DNA of 64,000 bases from an uncultured Candidatus Saccharibacteria bacterium (GTDB lineage Bacteria > Patescibacteriota > Minisyncoccia > Phycocordibacterales > CAIZLB01). How positions within the stretch are numbered: position 1 is the first letter of the stretch; every line of letters starts with the position of its first letter. The stretch lies in NCBI GenBank assembly GCA_964607805.1, contig CAZSLF010000002.1, positions 36,269 through 100,268 of the forward strand, read 5' to 3'. Below, piece after piece: positions 27,678-38,198 of this stretch. Position numbers and translations under genes: made by a program. The notes beneath the pieces were generated by a model. It was not told the origin of the DNA, ran no database searches, and saw nothing but the letters and a program-made list of their open reading frames with translations.

Positions 27678-30296
27678 TTATAGGCTCTTAAATACTAGGT
27701 TAATAACTTTTCCTGGAATAAAAATGATTCTATCAGGAGAGTTATCCCCAGTCCTCTTTCTAATTTCCTCAATTTGTAGTGCAATATTTTTCATTTTTTC
27801 TTCATCTTTAGCATCTTCAATATTTGTAGTTATTGTTGATCGCACTTTTCCGTTAATTTGAACCAAAACGATAACCTCATCTGACACTAGATAGTCAGGA
27901 TTATATTTTGGCCACTCTGTAAGGTGAATACTTTTAATATTCTTAATTTCTACAAGTATATTTTTTGCACTCGAACCTTGCTTGGCTTTTTTTGCAGATA
28001 TCTTTATCAAATCAAACAACTCTTCGCTTGCATGCGGAGCGAAAGGTGAAAGAATTCTCAAAAATGCAAAATATGTCGAAAGCGCAACCCTTTCTTCTTT
28101 TTCAAGTGCATTCAAAAGAATCATCATAGTCGAAATTGCAGTATTGAAACTAAAATCTTCAATATCTTCCCCAACTTTTTTAATTGTTTTGTGAAGTAGA
28201 GTCAAAGTTGCCTTACTTGTTGCCTTTTCATCGTCAAGAGCAGTCGCAGTAAAGTCTATTTTGCCAAAAAGTCTCCAGAACTTCTCAATAAATCGGCGAG
28301 AACCTATCATATTGTCCGTACTCCAGGCAATTGTCTGGTCAAAGGGTCCCATAAACATCTCATAGACACGAAGTGTGTCCGCTCCATAAGTTTTAACCAT
28401 ATCGTCTGGGTTTACGACATTGCCAAATCGCTTACTCATCTTTCTGCCGTCAGGCCCCATTATTAGTCCTTGGTTTTTTAGTTTTGAAAATGGCTCAGAG
28501 GTCGTTACTACCCCAATATCAAACAAAAATTTATGCCAAAACCGTGCATATATAAGGTGCCGAGTTGCATGTTCAGCACCACCAACATACATATCAACTG
28601 GCTGCCAGTACTTTTCTTTTGCAGGATCAACAAGCTGCTTTTTGTTTTTAGGGTCTATATATCTAAGGTAATACCAACATGACCCTGCCCACTGAGGCAT
28701 AGTATTTGTTTCGCGTTTTGCCTTCCCTTTACACTGAGGGCACTTTACGTTTACCCATGAGGAGATGGCGGCGAGCGGAGACTCGCCCGTACCAGTAGGC
28801 TCGTATGACTTAACATTTGGAAGTTTAAGCGGCAGTTCTTTTTCAGGAACTGGCACTACTCCACAATCTGGACAGTGAATCAAAGGAATCGGCTCACCCC
28901 AATATCGCTGACGTGAGAATACCCAGTCACGCAGTTTATAATTAATTGTTTTTCTAGCCCAACCATTTGAAACTAGATGCGTAATTACATCTTTGCGCAC
29001 TTCATACCACTTTCTACCTCTAAATTTCATAGGCATATCAAGCACACCGTTTGGTTCACGGTAGAAAACTTCATTGTTTTCAATTTTTTCTCTTAGCTCA
29101 GGGTCATTTTCAGGAAATAGAACAGTTTTAAGAGGAATATTATATTTTTTAGCAAATTTAAAATCTCGCTCATCGTGCGCGCTACAACTTACAATACCTG
29201 TTCCATAGTCAGAAACAGCATATGAAGCAATCCAAAGCGGAATTTCTCTATCGCCTGCAGGATAATCAATCATGCGACCTGTAAATATTCCTTCAATCGT
29301 ATCTTTATATGCAGGACCTTCACTGCTTTTCTTCTTTGAAATTTGCTTTGCAAAATCAAGAATCTCTTTTTCATTTGGAACACCTGCAACAATTTTAGGA
29401 AGCAAAGGGTGATCCGCACCAATAACCGCAAAAGTTTGCGCGAAAAAAGTCTGAGGAATTGAGTCATACATCTCAATTGGCATATCAGTGCCTCCATCTA
29501 TACCTTTTATTGTGCAAAGCAGATTTACACCTTCACTTTTACCTATCCAATTCTTCTGCTGCTCTTTTATTGATTCCGGCCAATGAAGCGCATCAATATC
29601 CTCAAGCAATCGCTCTGCGTAGTCTGTGATTCTAATTACCCATTGTCTAAGTGGTCTTTTTTCTACGACTGATCCGCAGCGTTCGCAAAGGCCATTTTCC
29701 AAATCTTCGTTAGCTAGACCTGTTTTACAAGAGGGACACCAATTAATTGGTTCATGAGATTCAAAAGTTAGACCTTTTTTATGCATCTGAAGGAAAGCCC
29801 ACTGAGTCCACTTATAATATTCAGGGTCTGTAGTGTTCACCTCACGAGACCAATCATAATTAAAACCGAGAATAGAAAGCTGCTGCTTATATGTCGCAAT
29901 ATTCTTCTTAACAGCAATACTTGGGTGAATCTTGTTCTTTATGGCGAATTCTTCTGCAGGAAGGCCGAAAGCGTCCCAACCCATAGGATGAAGCACATTG
30001 AAGCCATTCATCGTTTTAAAGCGAGAATATACGTCTGTAGCTATATATCCTTTCGGGTGTCCAACATGAAGACCTGTCCCAGAAGGATATGGGAACATGT
30101 CGAGAATATATGCTTTTGGTTTTTCTGCAGAATCAGAGGTTTTATATATTTTGCTTGATTGCCACTTTTTCTGCCATTTCTTTTCTATTTTCTCGTGGGT
30201 GTATGTAGGTATTATTTTTTCACCGGATATTTTGTCGGATTTATGATCGCTTTTATGGGCAGGAGAATGTTTCATCGTCTTCATATAATACAACAA
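27678..30296 (-). CDS. leuS: Leucine--tRNA ligase
   Basis: Class I HIGH-type motif (PYPSGTGLHVGHPKGY) and KMSKS (KMSKRFGN); 872 aa. Confidence 0.95.
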   Translation of the reverse strand: MLYYMKTMKHSPAHKSDHKSDKISGEKIIPTYTHEKIEKKWQKKWQSSKIYKTSDSAEKPKAYILDMFPYPSGTGLHVGHPKGYIATDVYSRFKTMNGFNVLHPMGWDAFGLPAEEFAIKNKIHPSIAVKKNIATYKQQLSILGFNYDWSREVNTTDPEYYKWTQWAFLQMHKKGLTFESHEPINWCPSCKTGLANEDLENGLCERCGSVVEKRPLRQWVIRITDYAERLLEDIDALHWPESIKEQQKNWIGKSEGVNLLCTIKGIDGGTDMPIEMYDSIPQTFFAQTFAVIGADHPLLPKIVAGVPNEKEILDFAKQISKKKSSEGPAYKDTIEGIFTGRMIDYPAGDREIPLWIASYAVSDYGTGIVSCSAHDERDFKFAKKYNIPLKTVLFPENDPELREKIENNEVFYREPNGVLDMPMKFRGRKWYEVRKDVITHLVSNGWARKTINYKLRDWVFSRQRYWGEPIPLIHCPDCGVVPVPEKELPLKLPNVKSYEPTGTGESPLAAISSWVNVKCPQCKGKAKRETNTMPQWAGSCWYYLRYIDPKNKKQLVDPAKEKYWQPVDMYVGGAEHATRHLIYARFWHKFLFDIGVVTTSEPFSKLKNQGLIMGPDGRKMSKRFGNVVNPDDMVKTYGADTLRVYEMFMGPFDQTIAWSTDNMIGSRRFIEKFWRLFGKIDFTATALDDEKATSKATLTLLHKTIKKVGEDIEDFSFNTAISTMMILLNALEKEERVALSTYFAFLRILSPFAPHASEELFDLIKISAKKAKQGSSAKNILVEIKNIKSIHLTEWPKYNPDYLVSDEVIVLVQINGKVRSTITTNIEDAKDEEKMKNIALQIEEIRKRTGDNSPDRIIFIPGKVINLVFKSL

Positions 30297-30376
30297 AAAG
30301 CCAAGGTAACAAGACCTTGGCTTTTTGCGAAATTTATTTTCTGGTTTTCGGGAAAACTTTCTGAAAACTTTGAAAA

Positions 30377-31426
30377 CTAGATTCCCTTCACGATATTGTA
30401 TGGAGGATATCGCTGTGGATCGATTGATACATCGAAGCAGTGTTCACCTGCTGGATGTGTATCAAATCTTCCTTCATAACCACCGTAATACATGCTGTCA
30501 TATGCAGCCATTGGTCTTCCGATTCCACCGCCAGTGCCATTTGCACCTTGAATTCTCTTATCTACTTCACCATCCTGATCGAAAGTAGCGCAAAGCTTGT
30601 AAGCTGGAAATGAACTTGAAGCAACCAAAGCGCCAGCTACATATCGCGGCCCTTGTCTTACAACTTCATACTTATAATTCTGATGTGTAATTGGGTCTGT
30701 AGGTAATTTTGTTGCATATGGATCACCTGAAGTCATTTCATCTAGAGTTGCTGGAAGGACTGCACTCTTTGACTGATAGTAGTTTAGGATTTGACCGTTT
30801 AGTGATTGAAGGTCCATTTCTCTTTGATTATCGTCTCTAACAGCTCTAAGTAGTGTTGGAGAACCAATCAAAGTGAATCCGAAGATCAATGAAGCTAAGA
30901 TTATTGCTCCAAAAACCCATCCTGTTACTACTGCATTCTTTCTATTTTCTGAAAATGAATTTCTAAGTTCACTTCTTGTATACCAAACAAGAGCTGCTCC
31001 AACTAGAAGAGTCACAATTACTTTCCAAACAAATCTAGAAGCAATTTCTCCTCCTAAGAATGTATTGATGAATACAACAAGATCAACTGCAAGCATAACA
31101 ATCGAAAGAAAAAGTGTTAGAAACAATCCCCATCGTCTAATCCAAATATCTTTCTTAGCAGAATCAACTTCAATAGTCTTATGCACTGTTCGAAGCAAAT
31201 ATACTAGAAGCGGAGTTGCAACAATTAGAATTGAAACAGAAAGTCTCATAGACTGACCATATGGATCGTAATAATTATAGACATCGCGAACGTCTGGTAA
31301 TACTGAATTGATAACTGAGAACATAAATGTCAAAAATGTCGCCACAAGCGTATACAGCACGACAAAGACACCAAGATTCAAAAAGAAATCTTTGGCTGTC
31401 ACTTTAGGTTTTAGTGTTTGTTCCAT
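30377..31426 (-). CDS. Hypothetical polytopic membrane protein with a C-terminal globular domain
   Basis: 349 aa with ~6 N-terminal TM helices and a Gly/Tyr-rich C-terminus. Confidence 0.55.
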   Translation of the reverse strand: MEQTLKPKVTAKDFFLNLGVFVVLYTLVATFLTFMFSVINSVLPDVRDVYNYYDPYGQSMRLSVSILIVATPLLVYLLRTVHKTIEVDSAKKDIWIRRWGLFLTLFLSIVMLAVDLVVFINTFLGGEIASRFVWKVIVTLLVGAALVWYTRSELRNSFSENRKNAVVTGWVFGAIILASLIFGFTLIGSPTLLRAVRDDNQREMDLQSLNGQILNYYQSKSAVLPATLDEMTSGDPYATKLPTDPITHQNYKYEVVRQGPRYVAGALVASSSFPAYKLCATFDQDGEVDKRIQGANGTGGGIGRPMAAYDSMYYGGYEGRFDTHPAGEHCFDVSIDPQRYPPYNIVKGI

Positions 31427-31601
31427 GGTTTTGTTTAAGCGTTAAAAAAGCCAATTAAGGCGATTTTATTTGGTAATGGGTTAAGGCTGGTAACTTATGC
31501 GCCTCATATTAAGATTAAGTCCTTAAAAGGCGTATGAGTGTATTATATCAGGTTTTTAGGGCCTTGCTTCTAAGATTATATAAATAAAAAAAACCCTATC
31601 T

Positions 31602-31624
31602 TCTGCATTTGCAAAATATAGGGT
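31602..31624 (-). terminator. Hairpin terminator (aaccctat…atagggtt) downstream of 31673..32110
   Basis: 8–9-bp stem; the A8 run before it on the plus strand is a T-run on the minus strand. Confidence 0.5.
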
Positions 31625-31672
31625 TCGAATCTGTCTCGGTATTTCACCGCTCGTCATACAATATGTAGACAC

Positions 31673-32110
31673 TCAGCCGCTCAGAGCTACGTATGAACCA
31701 TTGTCTTGCACTTCGAATTTAAAGATTTGTTCCTTCGTGCGAATATCAGTATCAGCGGGCACGAATATCCTGTAACGGAGCACTTGTTTCATTCCGTGAA
31801 TCTCGCGAAATCGTCTAACGTTGTCCGGACAAGGATCAATCTCAATTTGGACACCTGGGGTCTTCACGATAGCGCGAAAGTCTTTGGACTCCGCAAAATG
31901 TGATAAGTACTTAAGGGTCCAGGGATGTTTTTTTATGAAATCACGCGGCACGTCGATATCATCGTCTAAAGATGCTGCGACGCGAACAAGTTCGTTAACG
32001 AACTCCTCTAAGGCTTGGGCATTTGGGTACATAATTTTGTCCTCGAATTGTTTGGGTGGAATGGACGTGCATGGATCAGAGAATCTCGATGGATTCCGCG
32101 ATATCGGCAA
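31673..32110 (-). CDS. Hypothetical protein (second gene of a small GC-rich two-gene cassette)
   Basis: 145-aa ORF (or 119 aa from MYPNAQ…), overlapping or abutting the upstream 105-aa ORF; no motif recognised. Confidence 0.45.
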   Translation of the reverse strand: MPISRNPSRFSDPCTSIPPKQFEDKIMYPNAQALEEFVNELVRVAASLDDDIDVPRDFIKKHPWTLKYLSHFAESKDFRAIVKTPGVQIEIDPCPDNVRRFREIHGMKQVLRYRIFVPADTDIRTKEQIFKFEVQDNGSYVALSG

Positions 32111-32393
32111 GGATGTTTGCGAATATCTCGCGATCGGCAGGGCTCATACGAGTGATCGTAAAATCCTGAACACGAGAAACATCTCCCCAGTCTCCGTAGA
32201 TCGCGAGCCTGTTATGAGCAACAGCGAGCCACATCGTATCGAACTCGAGTTTGTGTTGAAGCTGCAGAAATGTTTTCTGCTGAAACTTCTCTCCAACGTC
32301 GGGTTTGAATATGATGCGAATCTTGTTGCCTGCGACAACACCTTGCAGTGCTTCTTTTGCACTCCGTTCGTCCGTGATTTGTGTTAATCTCAT
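32076..32393 (-). CDS. Hypothetical small protein (first gene of the GC-rich two-gene cassette)
   Basis: 105-aa ORF preceded by a TTGACA-17-TATCAT promoter candidate and a GGA-containing RBS. Confidence 0.45.
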   Translation of the reverse strand: MRLTQITDERSAKEALQGVVAGNKIRIIFKPDVGEKFQQKTFLQLQHKLEFDTMWLAVAHNRLAIYGDWGDVSRVQDFTITRMSPADREIFANILADIAESIEIL

Positions 32394-32444
32394 GACTGAA
32401 GTCCTTTCTTGGTTTGAGGTTGATTTAAATAGCTACCAGTGTAT

Positions 32445-32473
32445 ATGATAACATATTTATGATATGTTGTCAA
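32445..32473 (-). promoter_or_regulatory. Near-consensus sigma-70 promoter (TTGACA-17-TATCAT) containing a 6-5-6 palindrome acatat-ttatg-atatgt in the spacer
   Basis: Seen directly on the minus strand, immediately upstream of 32076..32393. Confidence 0.35.
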
Positions 32474-32476
32474 TAT

Positions 32477-33595
32477 TTAAACCTTAAATTCCATCACATC
32501 CCCATCTTTCACAACATATTCCTTCCCTTCAGTTCTAACCAAACCCTTTTCCTTCGCAGCAGCAAAAGATCCGGCTTCCAATAAATCTTTCCAAAAAATA
32601 ACTTCAGCACGAATAAACTTTTCCTTAAAATCAGTATGAATTGCCATGCCTGCAACAGGTGCGGTCGATGCACGCGCGATTGTCCAGGCCCTAGTTTCCT
32701 TTTCTCCTGTTGTAAAATATGTTTCCAAATCAAGTAATTTGTATCCGGCTTTGATAAGTGAATTAATTCCATCATCTTTTGCACCTAGCTCCGTACGGAA
32801 TAATTCTTTTTCATCTCCTTCCAAATCTTTTAGTTCATGCTCAACACCAGCATCGACAATTACATATTGATCTCCCTCGGCTGCGAAGTATTCGAGCAAA
32901 GATGTAAATCGAGGGTCGGGTTGGCCGTCTGGGCCATTTTCATCTAAATTCTTCCCTCCTGCTTTCTTATTTAAAACATATAAAATCGGCTTCCAAGATA
33001 GAAGATTTAGATTTTGTATTGGTAAAATTTCTTCTTCAGTAAGTTGAGGCAACGCCTTTCGTGCCAACTTACTATCCTCCAGCACTTTATTCACCTTTTC
33101 AAGTGCAGCTTTTTCAATTACAGATGCTTTCTCGCCTTTCTTTACTTCCCTTTCAACACTTTGCAATCTTTTTGTAACAGTTTGCATGTCGGCAAGGATA
33201 AGTTCGAGGTTAATGACTTCAATATCATTTCTAGGATCAACTTTTCCATCAACATGAATAATATTCTGATCTTCAAAAATACGCACAACTTCTGCAATTG
33301 CATCTGTCTCACGAATATTTGTTAGGAATTGATTTCCAAGACCCTGACCTTCCGACGCGCCCTTAACTAGACCAGCAATATCAACAAATTCAATCGCTGC
33401 AGGAATAGTTTTTTGAGTTTTTGAGAAGTCTGCTAGCTTGTGAAGTCTATCGTCGGGCACTTCAACAACACCAACTGAAGGATCAATCGTACAAAAAGGA
33501 TAGTTCTGTGCTGGAACAGACTTTTTAGTCAAAGCATTGAAAAGGGTTGATTTACCAACGTTTGGAAGGCCTACAATTCCTATAGATAGTTTCAT
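32477..33595 (-). CDS. ychF: Ribosome-binding ATPase YchF (Obg-family GTPase)
   Basis: G1 motif GIVGLPNVGKSTLFNAL…, the FCTIDP motif and a C-terminal TGS domain; 372 aa. Confidence 0.9.
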   Translation of the reverse strand: MKLSIGIVGLPNVGKSTLFNALTKKSVPAQNYPFCTIDPSVGVVEVPDDRLHKLADFSKTQKTIPAAIEFVDIAGLVKGASEGQGLGNQFLTNIRETDAIAEVVRIFEDQNIIHVDGKVDPRNDIEVINLELILADMQTVTKRLQSVEREVKKGEKASVIEKAALEKVNKVLEDSKLARKALPQLTEEEILPIQNLNLLSWKPILYVLNKKAGGKNLDENGPDGQPDPRFTSLLEYFAAEGDQYVIVDAGVEHELKDLEGDEKELFRTELGAKDDGINSLIKAGYKLLDLETYFTTGEKETRAWTIARASTAPVAGMAIHTDFKEKFIRAEVIFWKDLLEAGSFAAAKEKGLVRTEGKEYVVKDGDVMEFKV

Positions 33596-33750
33596 ATATT
33601 TTGGTTAGATTTGGAGTGTAGCATATTAGAGGTTGATTATAAAATATATTTCTATACACTTGCGGAAGACAGATTCGGCTGCATACATGTCTGCATTTCG
33701 AATCGAGTAAACTAAGCACATCATCAAATACATACATAGAGGGTTTAAAT

Positions 33751-34563
33751 ATGAAAGCTACAGATCCAATTACACGGAAGGAAATTGAGTTGTTTGTTGG
33801 TATACGTTCAAGATTCGGTATCGGTAATATGGGATTCAATCCTTTAATAGAATGCAGAAGCTCGAGACAAGTTGAAGTTCAGCTTGCAACAAAAGATGGA
33901 CTGCTTGTTCCTGACGGTGTCGGGTCAATCTCACTTGGTATTGCTGTTGATAGCGATGCTTATCCATCTTTCAGGGAAAAAAGGAGTATTCATGCTTCAT
34001 ACCTGAGATTTAGAGGTTTCAATGGTGGATCGAACTCTGCATTTACACACCCTGCTCTATTTTTTATGTTCGGAGCACTGACTCTTTGTAAATATCCGGA
34101 ACGTTGGAGTTATTTATGTCAACATGGCGGAAGGCGAAACTTAAATATACGGCGTATCAGGCGGATGTTGACTAGTCCGCTCTCGCAAGAGGTGGAGAAA
34201 TTGTGCACAGACAATTCAATTGATGCTTCAAGGGATTTCAGTATTAATCGTCTCCATGACGACTCGGACGGGATGCGATATGGGCACATCAGGATTAAAT
34301 TCCTTGGCGATAGGATACTTGCAAAAACTGACACCACAAAGCTTGGTTCTTGTACTAAGGAGGAAGGATTGGCTTTTGAGGACCAAATGGTCGCCGAGGG
34401 AATTATGTCCAAGGACTGGTGTCAAATATTACGTCCTAAACATGAGTTACCTGTAAAACCAAATGACTCAGGTGATTTTCAATCTCGACTTCTTTGGAAT
34501 TCATTTCATATTCTAGCGATTGCAATGCTGGAAGATCAGAAAAGACGTCCGTTATCGCACTGA
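33751..34563 (+). CDS. Hypothetical protein in a GC-rich cassette
   Basis: 270-aa ORF with a good RBS (agaggg) 7 nt upstream and a strong terminator 27 nt after the stop; no motif recognised. Confidence 0.5.
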   Translation: MKATDPITRKEIELFVGIRSRFGIGNMGFNPLIECRSSRQVEVQLATKDGLLVPDGVGSISLGIAVDSDAYPSFREKRSIHASYLRFRGFNGGSNSAFTHPALFFMFGALTLCKYPERWSYLCQHGGRRNLNIRRIRRMLTSPLSQEVEKLCTDNSIDASRDFSINRLHDDSDGMRYGHIRIKFLGDRILAKTDTTKLGSCTKEEGLAFEDQMVAEGIMSKDWCQILRPKHELPVKPNDSGDFQSRLLWNSFHILAIAMLEDQKRRPLSH

Positions 34564-34589
34564 GATTGACGGATCTAAAAAAACACGGG

Positions 34590-34616
34590 CGCAGGGATGA
34601 AATCCCTGCGCTTTTT
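34590..34616 (+). terminator. Bidirectional hairpin terminator (cgcagggat-gaa-atccctgcg + TTTTT) between convergent genes
   Basis: 9-bp stem with an A-run before and a T-run after. Confidence 0.65.
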
Positions 34617-34848
34617 ACTTCCCCATAATCTCCCTCAACTTCCCCTCATGAGTTTTCATAACTTCAATTGAAGCGTCCATCTGGCTTTTGCCTGTTTTCA
34701 TCTTCTCTTCGATTTGCTTTGCAATATCCATGAAAAAATCTGGATTCTTTTCAATAGCAGTGAACACTTTTTCTTGCTCGGCTTCTGGAACACCTTTCAT
34801 CTGCTTTTTAAGCATTTGTTTCATTAGAAAATTTTGGAAAAATGACAT
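34615..34848 (-). CDS. Hypothetical small Lys/Met-rich protein
   Basis: 77-aa ORF; no motif. Confidence 0.35.
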   Translation of the reverse strand: MSFFQNFLMKQMLKKQMKGVPEAEQEKVFTAIEKNPDFFMDIAKQIEEKMKTGKSQMDASIEVMKTHEGKLREIMGK

Positions 34849-34971
34849 GTCGATTATTCTATCAAATTTGATAAAGGTCTAGGTATTGACATATACCAAA
34901 TTAATGATATAAAGATATCAGACCCTCCTAAACTCTTAGCGAACCAACCTGCCAAACAAACAGAACAAACC

Positions 34972-35367
34972 ATGATTGAGATACCTATTTACTACGTACA
35001 TGTCAGCAACTGGGTTGCGGGCATCACTCTTTTCATCTTCGCACTCATAACCCTCATAACATACCTCTGGGGTGATAAAGTAAGCATCTGGTCAGAGGGC
35101 GGCAAACTGACACCCCTCTTCAAAATCCTCCAGCCTTGTGCGTTTGTCGTCACATGTACCCAGACATTCATGTCTGTGTACTGCTGGATTGAGGTGATTT
35201 TGTTTGCAAAGGATCATGCAATTCCTTATGGTCCACATAACTTCATTGTGTACCAGTATGGGTGCCTCTTCAGCACATTATCAGTACTCTCTTCGATGGT
35301 CATTAATTACTATTGTAGTAATGGCATTCGCGGTTTCCACGAGAAAAACGCCCAGCTCTTCCAGTAG
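34972..35367 (+). CDS. Hypothetical membrane protein in a GC-rich cassette
   Basis: 131-aa ORF with 3 predicted TM helices. Confidence 0.4.
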   Translation: MIEIPIYYVHVSNWVAGITLFIFALITLITYLWGDKVSIWSEGGKLTPLFKILQPCAFVVTCTQTFMSVYCWIEVILFAKDHAIPYGPHNFIVYQYGCLFSTLSVLSSMVINYYCSNGIRGFHEKNAQLFQ

Positions 35368-35456
35368 CTTGTACATCAAGTGCACAAGCCTTCGATCCCG
35401 CCACCTCGGCGGGATTTACTTTTTAAAATTTTAATACTTATCCGCGCATTGCACCT

Positions 35457-37013
35457 TTAATCAATCGGCAGTGTAATAGTAAACTCCGAACCTTTACCTT
35501 CTCCGAGAGAATTTGCCCAAATTTTTCCACGATGTTTTTCAATAATATTCTTGGCCATGTATAAACCAATTCCCATACCTTCTGTATCTGTGTGACGAGC
35601 GTTCGTAGCACGATAGAATTTAGAGAAGATTCGAGGGATATCGTCTAGTGAAATGCCGATACCATTATCCCTAATTGTGATCACAACTTCGCCACCAACT
35701 TGTCGCGCTTTAATTTTAATTTGACCTTTTTCTGGAGTGTATATAAGAGAGTTTTCAAAAATAATTTGAAGAGCGAATTGAACTCGAGTTTTATCTGCTT
35801 GGATTGTTGGTAGATTATCGTCCATTTCAAAAGCAATATCCAAATTTTTTCTATCAATTAAATCATCGTGAGATGTAAATAGATCTTTCAAAATTTCTTC
35901 AATTCTCACTGGCATGAATCTATATAGATATAGATCGTTTTCATCCTTAGATACGTCAATTACAGCGTTTGTAAGCTCAAAAAGACGCAAACTGGCGTAT
36001 TGGATCTGATCTACGGCTCTGTTTCGCATGTCTGCATTTGTATCTTCGCGCAGTTCTTCTGCCAACCACCGAATATGTGTTAGTGGAGTTCTGAACTTAT
36101 GGCTTACGTTGTTAATAAACTCATACTTTAGGATATCGGCTTGGCGAAGCTGTTTCCAGACAAGAGTTCCGACGAGAAGAATAATAATTCCGGAAAAGAA
36201 AGGTATGGGCCAGAAAGGAAAGCCATTATACAAATGAATTAAATAATTATTCAAAACGTTTATACCTGCAGTTGAAAAACCAACCACCGAAACGAGAATA
36301 AAATATATGAGAGCGTGACGAGCCACCACATGCAGGTTTACTAAATCATATTTTAGAAGGCCATATGCAAGCGGGATTGTATATAAACCAATAACAGCCG
36401 TCGGCAACATACTTATATTAATTCCAAAAATTGGCAAAAAGAACAGCGAACCAACAACATATGCAAATCCAAAAGAAAGATAGAAATAGTTCAGGCGACT
36501 TTTATCCAATTGCTCCAATTTGTGATACCCAAATCCAAGTGCAGTAAAGAAATATGCCGCTGAACCTAGGAAAAAGACTGCTATTGTCCAATAATATGGT
36601 CCAGGAACAAGGAAATATGGGAAAAATTGCACTGGAGCAACACCTGCAATCAACAGTTCAGGTCTCACTATTGTAAGCAGAGCCAGTGCTGTAGCAAATA
36701 TGTACATGATTACTAGTCCAACCCTTTGTTGTTCCAATTTTTTGAATACTGAAAACCCAAAGTGCGCAGTAAAACAAACACTAAATACAATCACGTTCGT
36801 AATTAACATGAAGAAATATGAAAGATTTTCGTCTACTGCATTTGCTCCGAGCAAATGTGCCAAGAGATAAATAACAAAAGAAAGTGTTGCGAAAAAATAT
36901 AAGCGATTATCTCGCTTTGTCCACCCTCGTGAGAGCACGAAAAGGCCTAGTGATAAGCTGAGTACTGCGGATACGGTGTATCCAATATTGTGTAGCAATA
37001 AACTGAGATGCAT
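35457..37013 (-). CDS. Sensor histidine kinase (polytopic membrane sensor with HisKA and HATPase_c domains); no cognate response regulator in the window
   Basis: About 9 TM helices. H-box FINNVSHKFRTPLTHI and the N/G1/G2 boxes (…IFENSLIYT…, DNGIGIS, GMGIGLYMAKNII). Confidence 0.85.
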   Translation of the reverse strand: MHLSLLLHNIGYTVSAVLSLSLGLFVLSRGWTKRDNRLYFFATLSFVIYLLAHLLGANAVDENLSYFFMLITNVIVFSVCFTAHFGFSVFKKLEQQRVGLVIMYIFATALALLTIVRPELLIAGVAPVQFFPYFLVPGPYYWTIAVFFLGSAAYFFTALGFGYHKLEQLDKSRLNYFYLSFGFAYVVGSLFFLPIFGINISMLPTAVIGLYTIPLAYGLLKYDLVNLHVVARHALIYFILVSVVGFSTAGINVLNNYLIHLYNGFPFWPIPFFSGIIILLVGTLVWKQLRQADILKYEFINNVSHKFRTPLTHIRWLAEELREDTNADMRNRAVDQIQYASLRLFELTNAVIDVSKDENDLYLYRFMPVRIEEILKDLFTSHDDLIDRKNLDIAFEMDDNLPTIQADKTRVQFALQIIFENSLIYTPEKGQIKIKARQVGGEVVITIRDNGIGISLDDIPRIFSKFYRATNARHTDTEGMGIGLYMAKNIIEKHRGKIWANSLGEGKGSEFTITLPID

Positions 37014-38198
37014 CTATCCAAGTATATCATGCAACTTTTTGTAAACAACCAAATTAGCCTTAGTTTTCAACTTTTTTAATCTCTCAACAATTTTCCATGA
37101 TTCAATCACCTCTTCTTCGGTTGCAAACATTGGAATAGACAAAGACGGCGTTGCGCCTGCATCGCTTTTAATTGAGTTTTCAAAAATAATTTCATATGCA
37201 TCTTTCGAACTATTTTTCAAATCTATAAAAATTGAGGGTTTATTATCATGAAAATGAACCTCCACACCCGACTTATCCATATCAAGCGCTTTTCCAGACG
37301 CCATACTATACAAAATATTGTGTTTTTGATTTTTTAACTTAAAAGTTGCACTGAAAAATGTTTCAGTCGTTGAATCTTTAGGAATATTTTTCTCTTCTGT
37401 ATAGCCTTTATACTGCCAAAATACTGGAGATCCTTGAATTTGTAGATTTTTAAGAAAAGAAAGCTTTGATTTATGAGAAATTTTGGCACCACTGTTTAAA
37501 ATAACACCAAATACAGATAATATCTGCAGCAAATGATTCTGTCCCACATCGTAAAGCGCACCAATTTTGTCATAAAAAACTCCCCTATCCTTAATTCCTT
37601 CTTTTTCATATATAACTGCTTTTATTTCCCGAATTTCTTGTGCGGGCAGAAGCGCCTCCAAAACCTTTGGATTTGATGCAAATAATTGCTCAATATTAAT
37701 AAGACTTTCTTTTGCAAGATAATGATCTACAAATTTTACTTCAAAGCCTCGTGATTCTAATCGAGAAAAATCATTGATCGCCTTCTTCGCATCCTCTAAA
37801 CTATTTCCAATTGGTTTCTCTACCAAAACCTGAATTGGTCGCTTCAAATACTTGCCAGCAACTTTCTTTATATTCTGCGAGAAATTTTCAGCTACTATAG
37901 TATGTAAGCTTGGTGGCAAAGATGAATACAGGATCAAATTAATAGGACCCAACCCTGACTTATGCTTTTTAATCACCTTTTCCACCTGATCTGCTATTTT
38001 CTTATAGATTTTTTGATCACTTAAATCACCTGATATATATGTATTGTTTGGAAGTGTCTTAAACTCATCAATTGGAGTAGGCTTGCGTCCAGCACCTATA
38101 AATACAAAATCCCCACTCATTGAAACCTTCTTGAGCGCTGGTATAACCCTATTTTTTGCTAGATCTCCTGTGATTCCGAATAAGACAAATATGTTCAT
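37014..38198 (-). CDS. zwf: Glucose-6-phosphate 1-dehydrogenase-like protein (short, 394 aa)
   Basis: GITGDLAKNRVIPAL (NADP-binding GxxGDLA), EKPIG…LEDA, the active-site DHYLAKE (RIDHYLGKE-like) and GQNHLLQ motifs. About 100 aa shorter than canonical Zwf. Confidence 0.65.
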   Translation of the reverse strand: MNIFVLFGITGDLAKNRVIPALKKVSMSGDFVFIGAGRKPTPIDEFKTLPNNTYISGDLSDQKIYKKIADQVEKVIKKHKSGLGPINLILYSSLPPSLHTIVAENFSQNIKKVAGKYLKRPIQVLVEKPIGNSLEDAKKAINDFSRLESRGFEVKFVDHYLAKESLINIEQLFASNPKVLEALLPAQEIREIKAVIYEKEGIKDRGVFYDKIGALYDVGQNHLLQILSVFGVILNSGAKISHKSKLSFLKNLQIQGSPVFWQYKGYTEEKNIPKDSTTETFFSATFKLKNQKHNILYSMASGKALDMDKSGVEVHFHDNKPSIFIDLKNSSKDAYEIIFENSIKSDAGATPSLSIPMFATEEEVIESWKIVERLKKLKTKANLVVYKKLHDILG

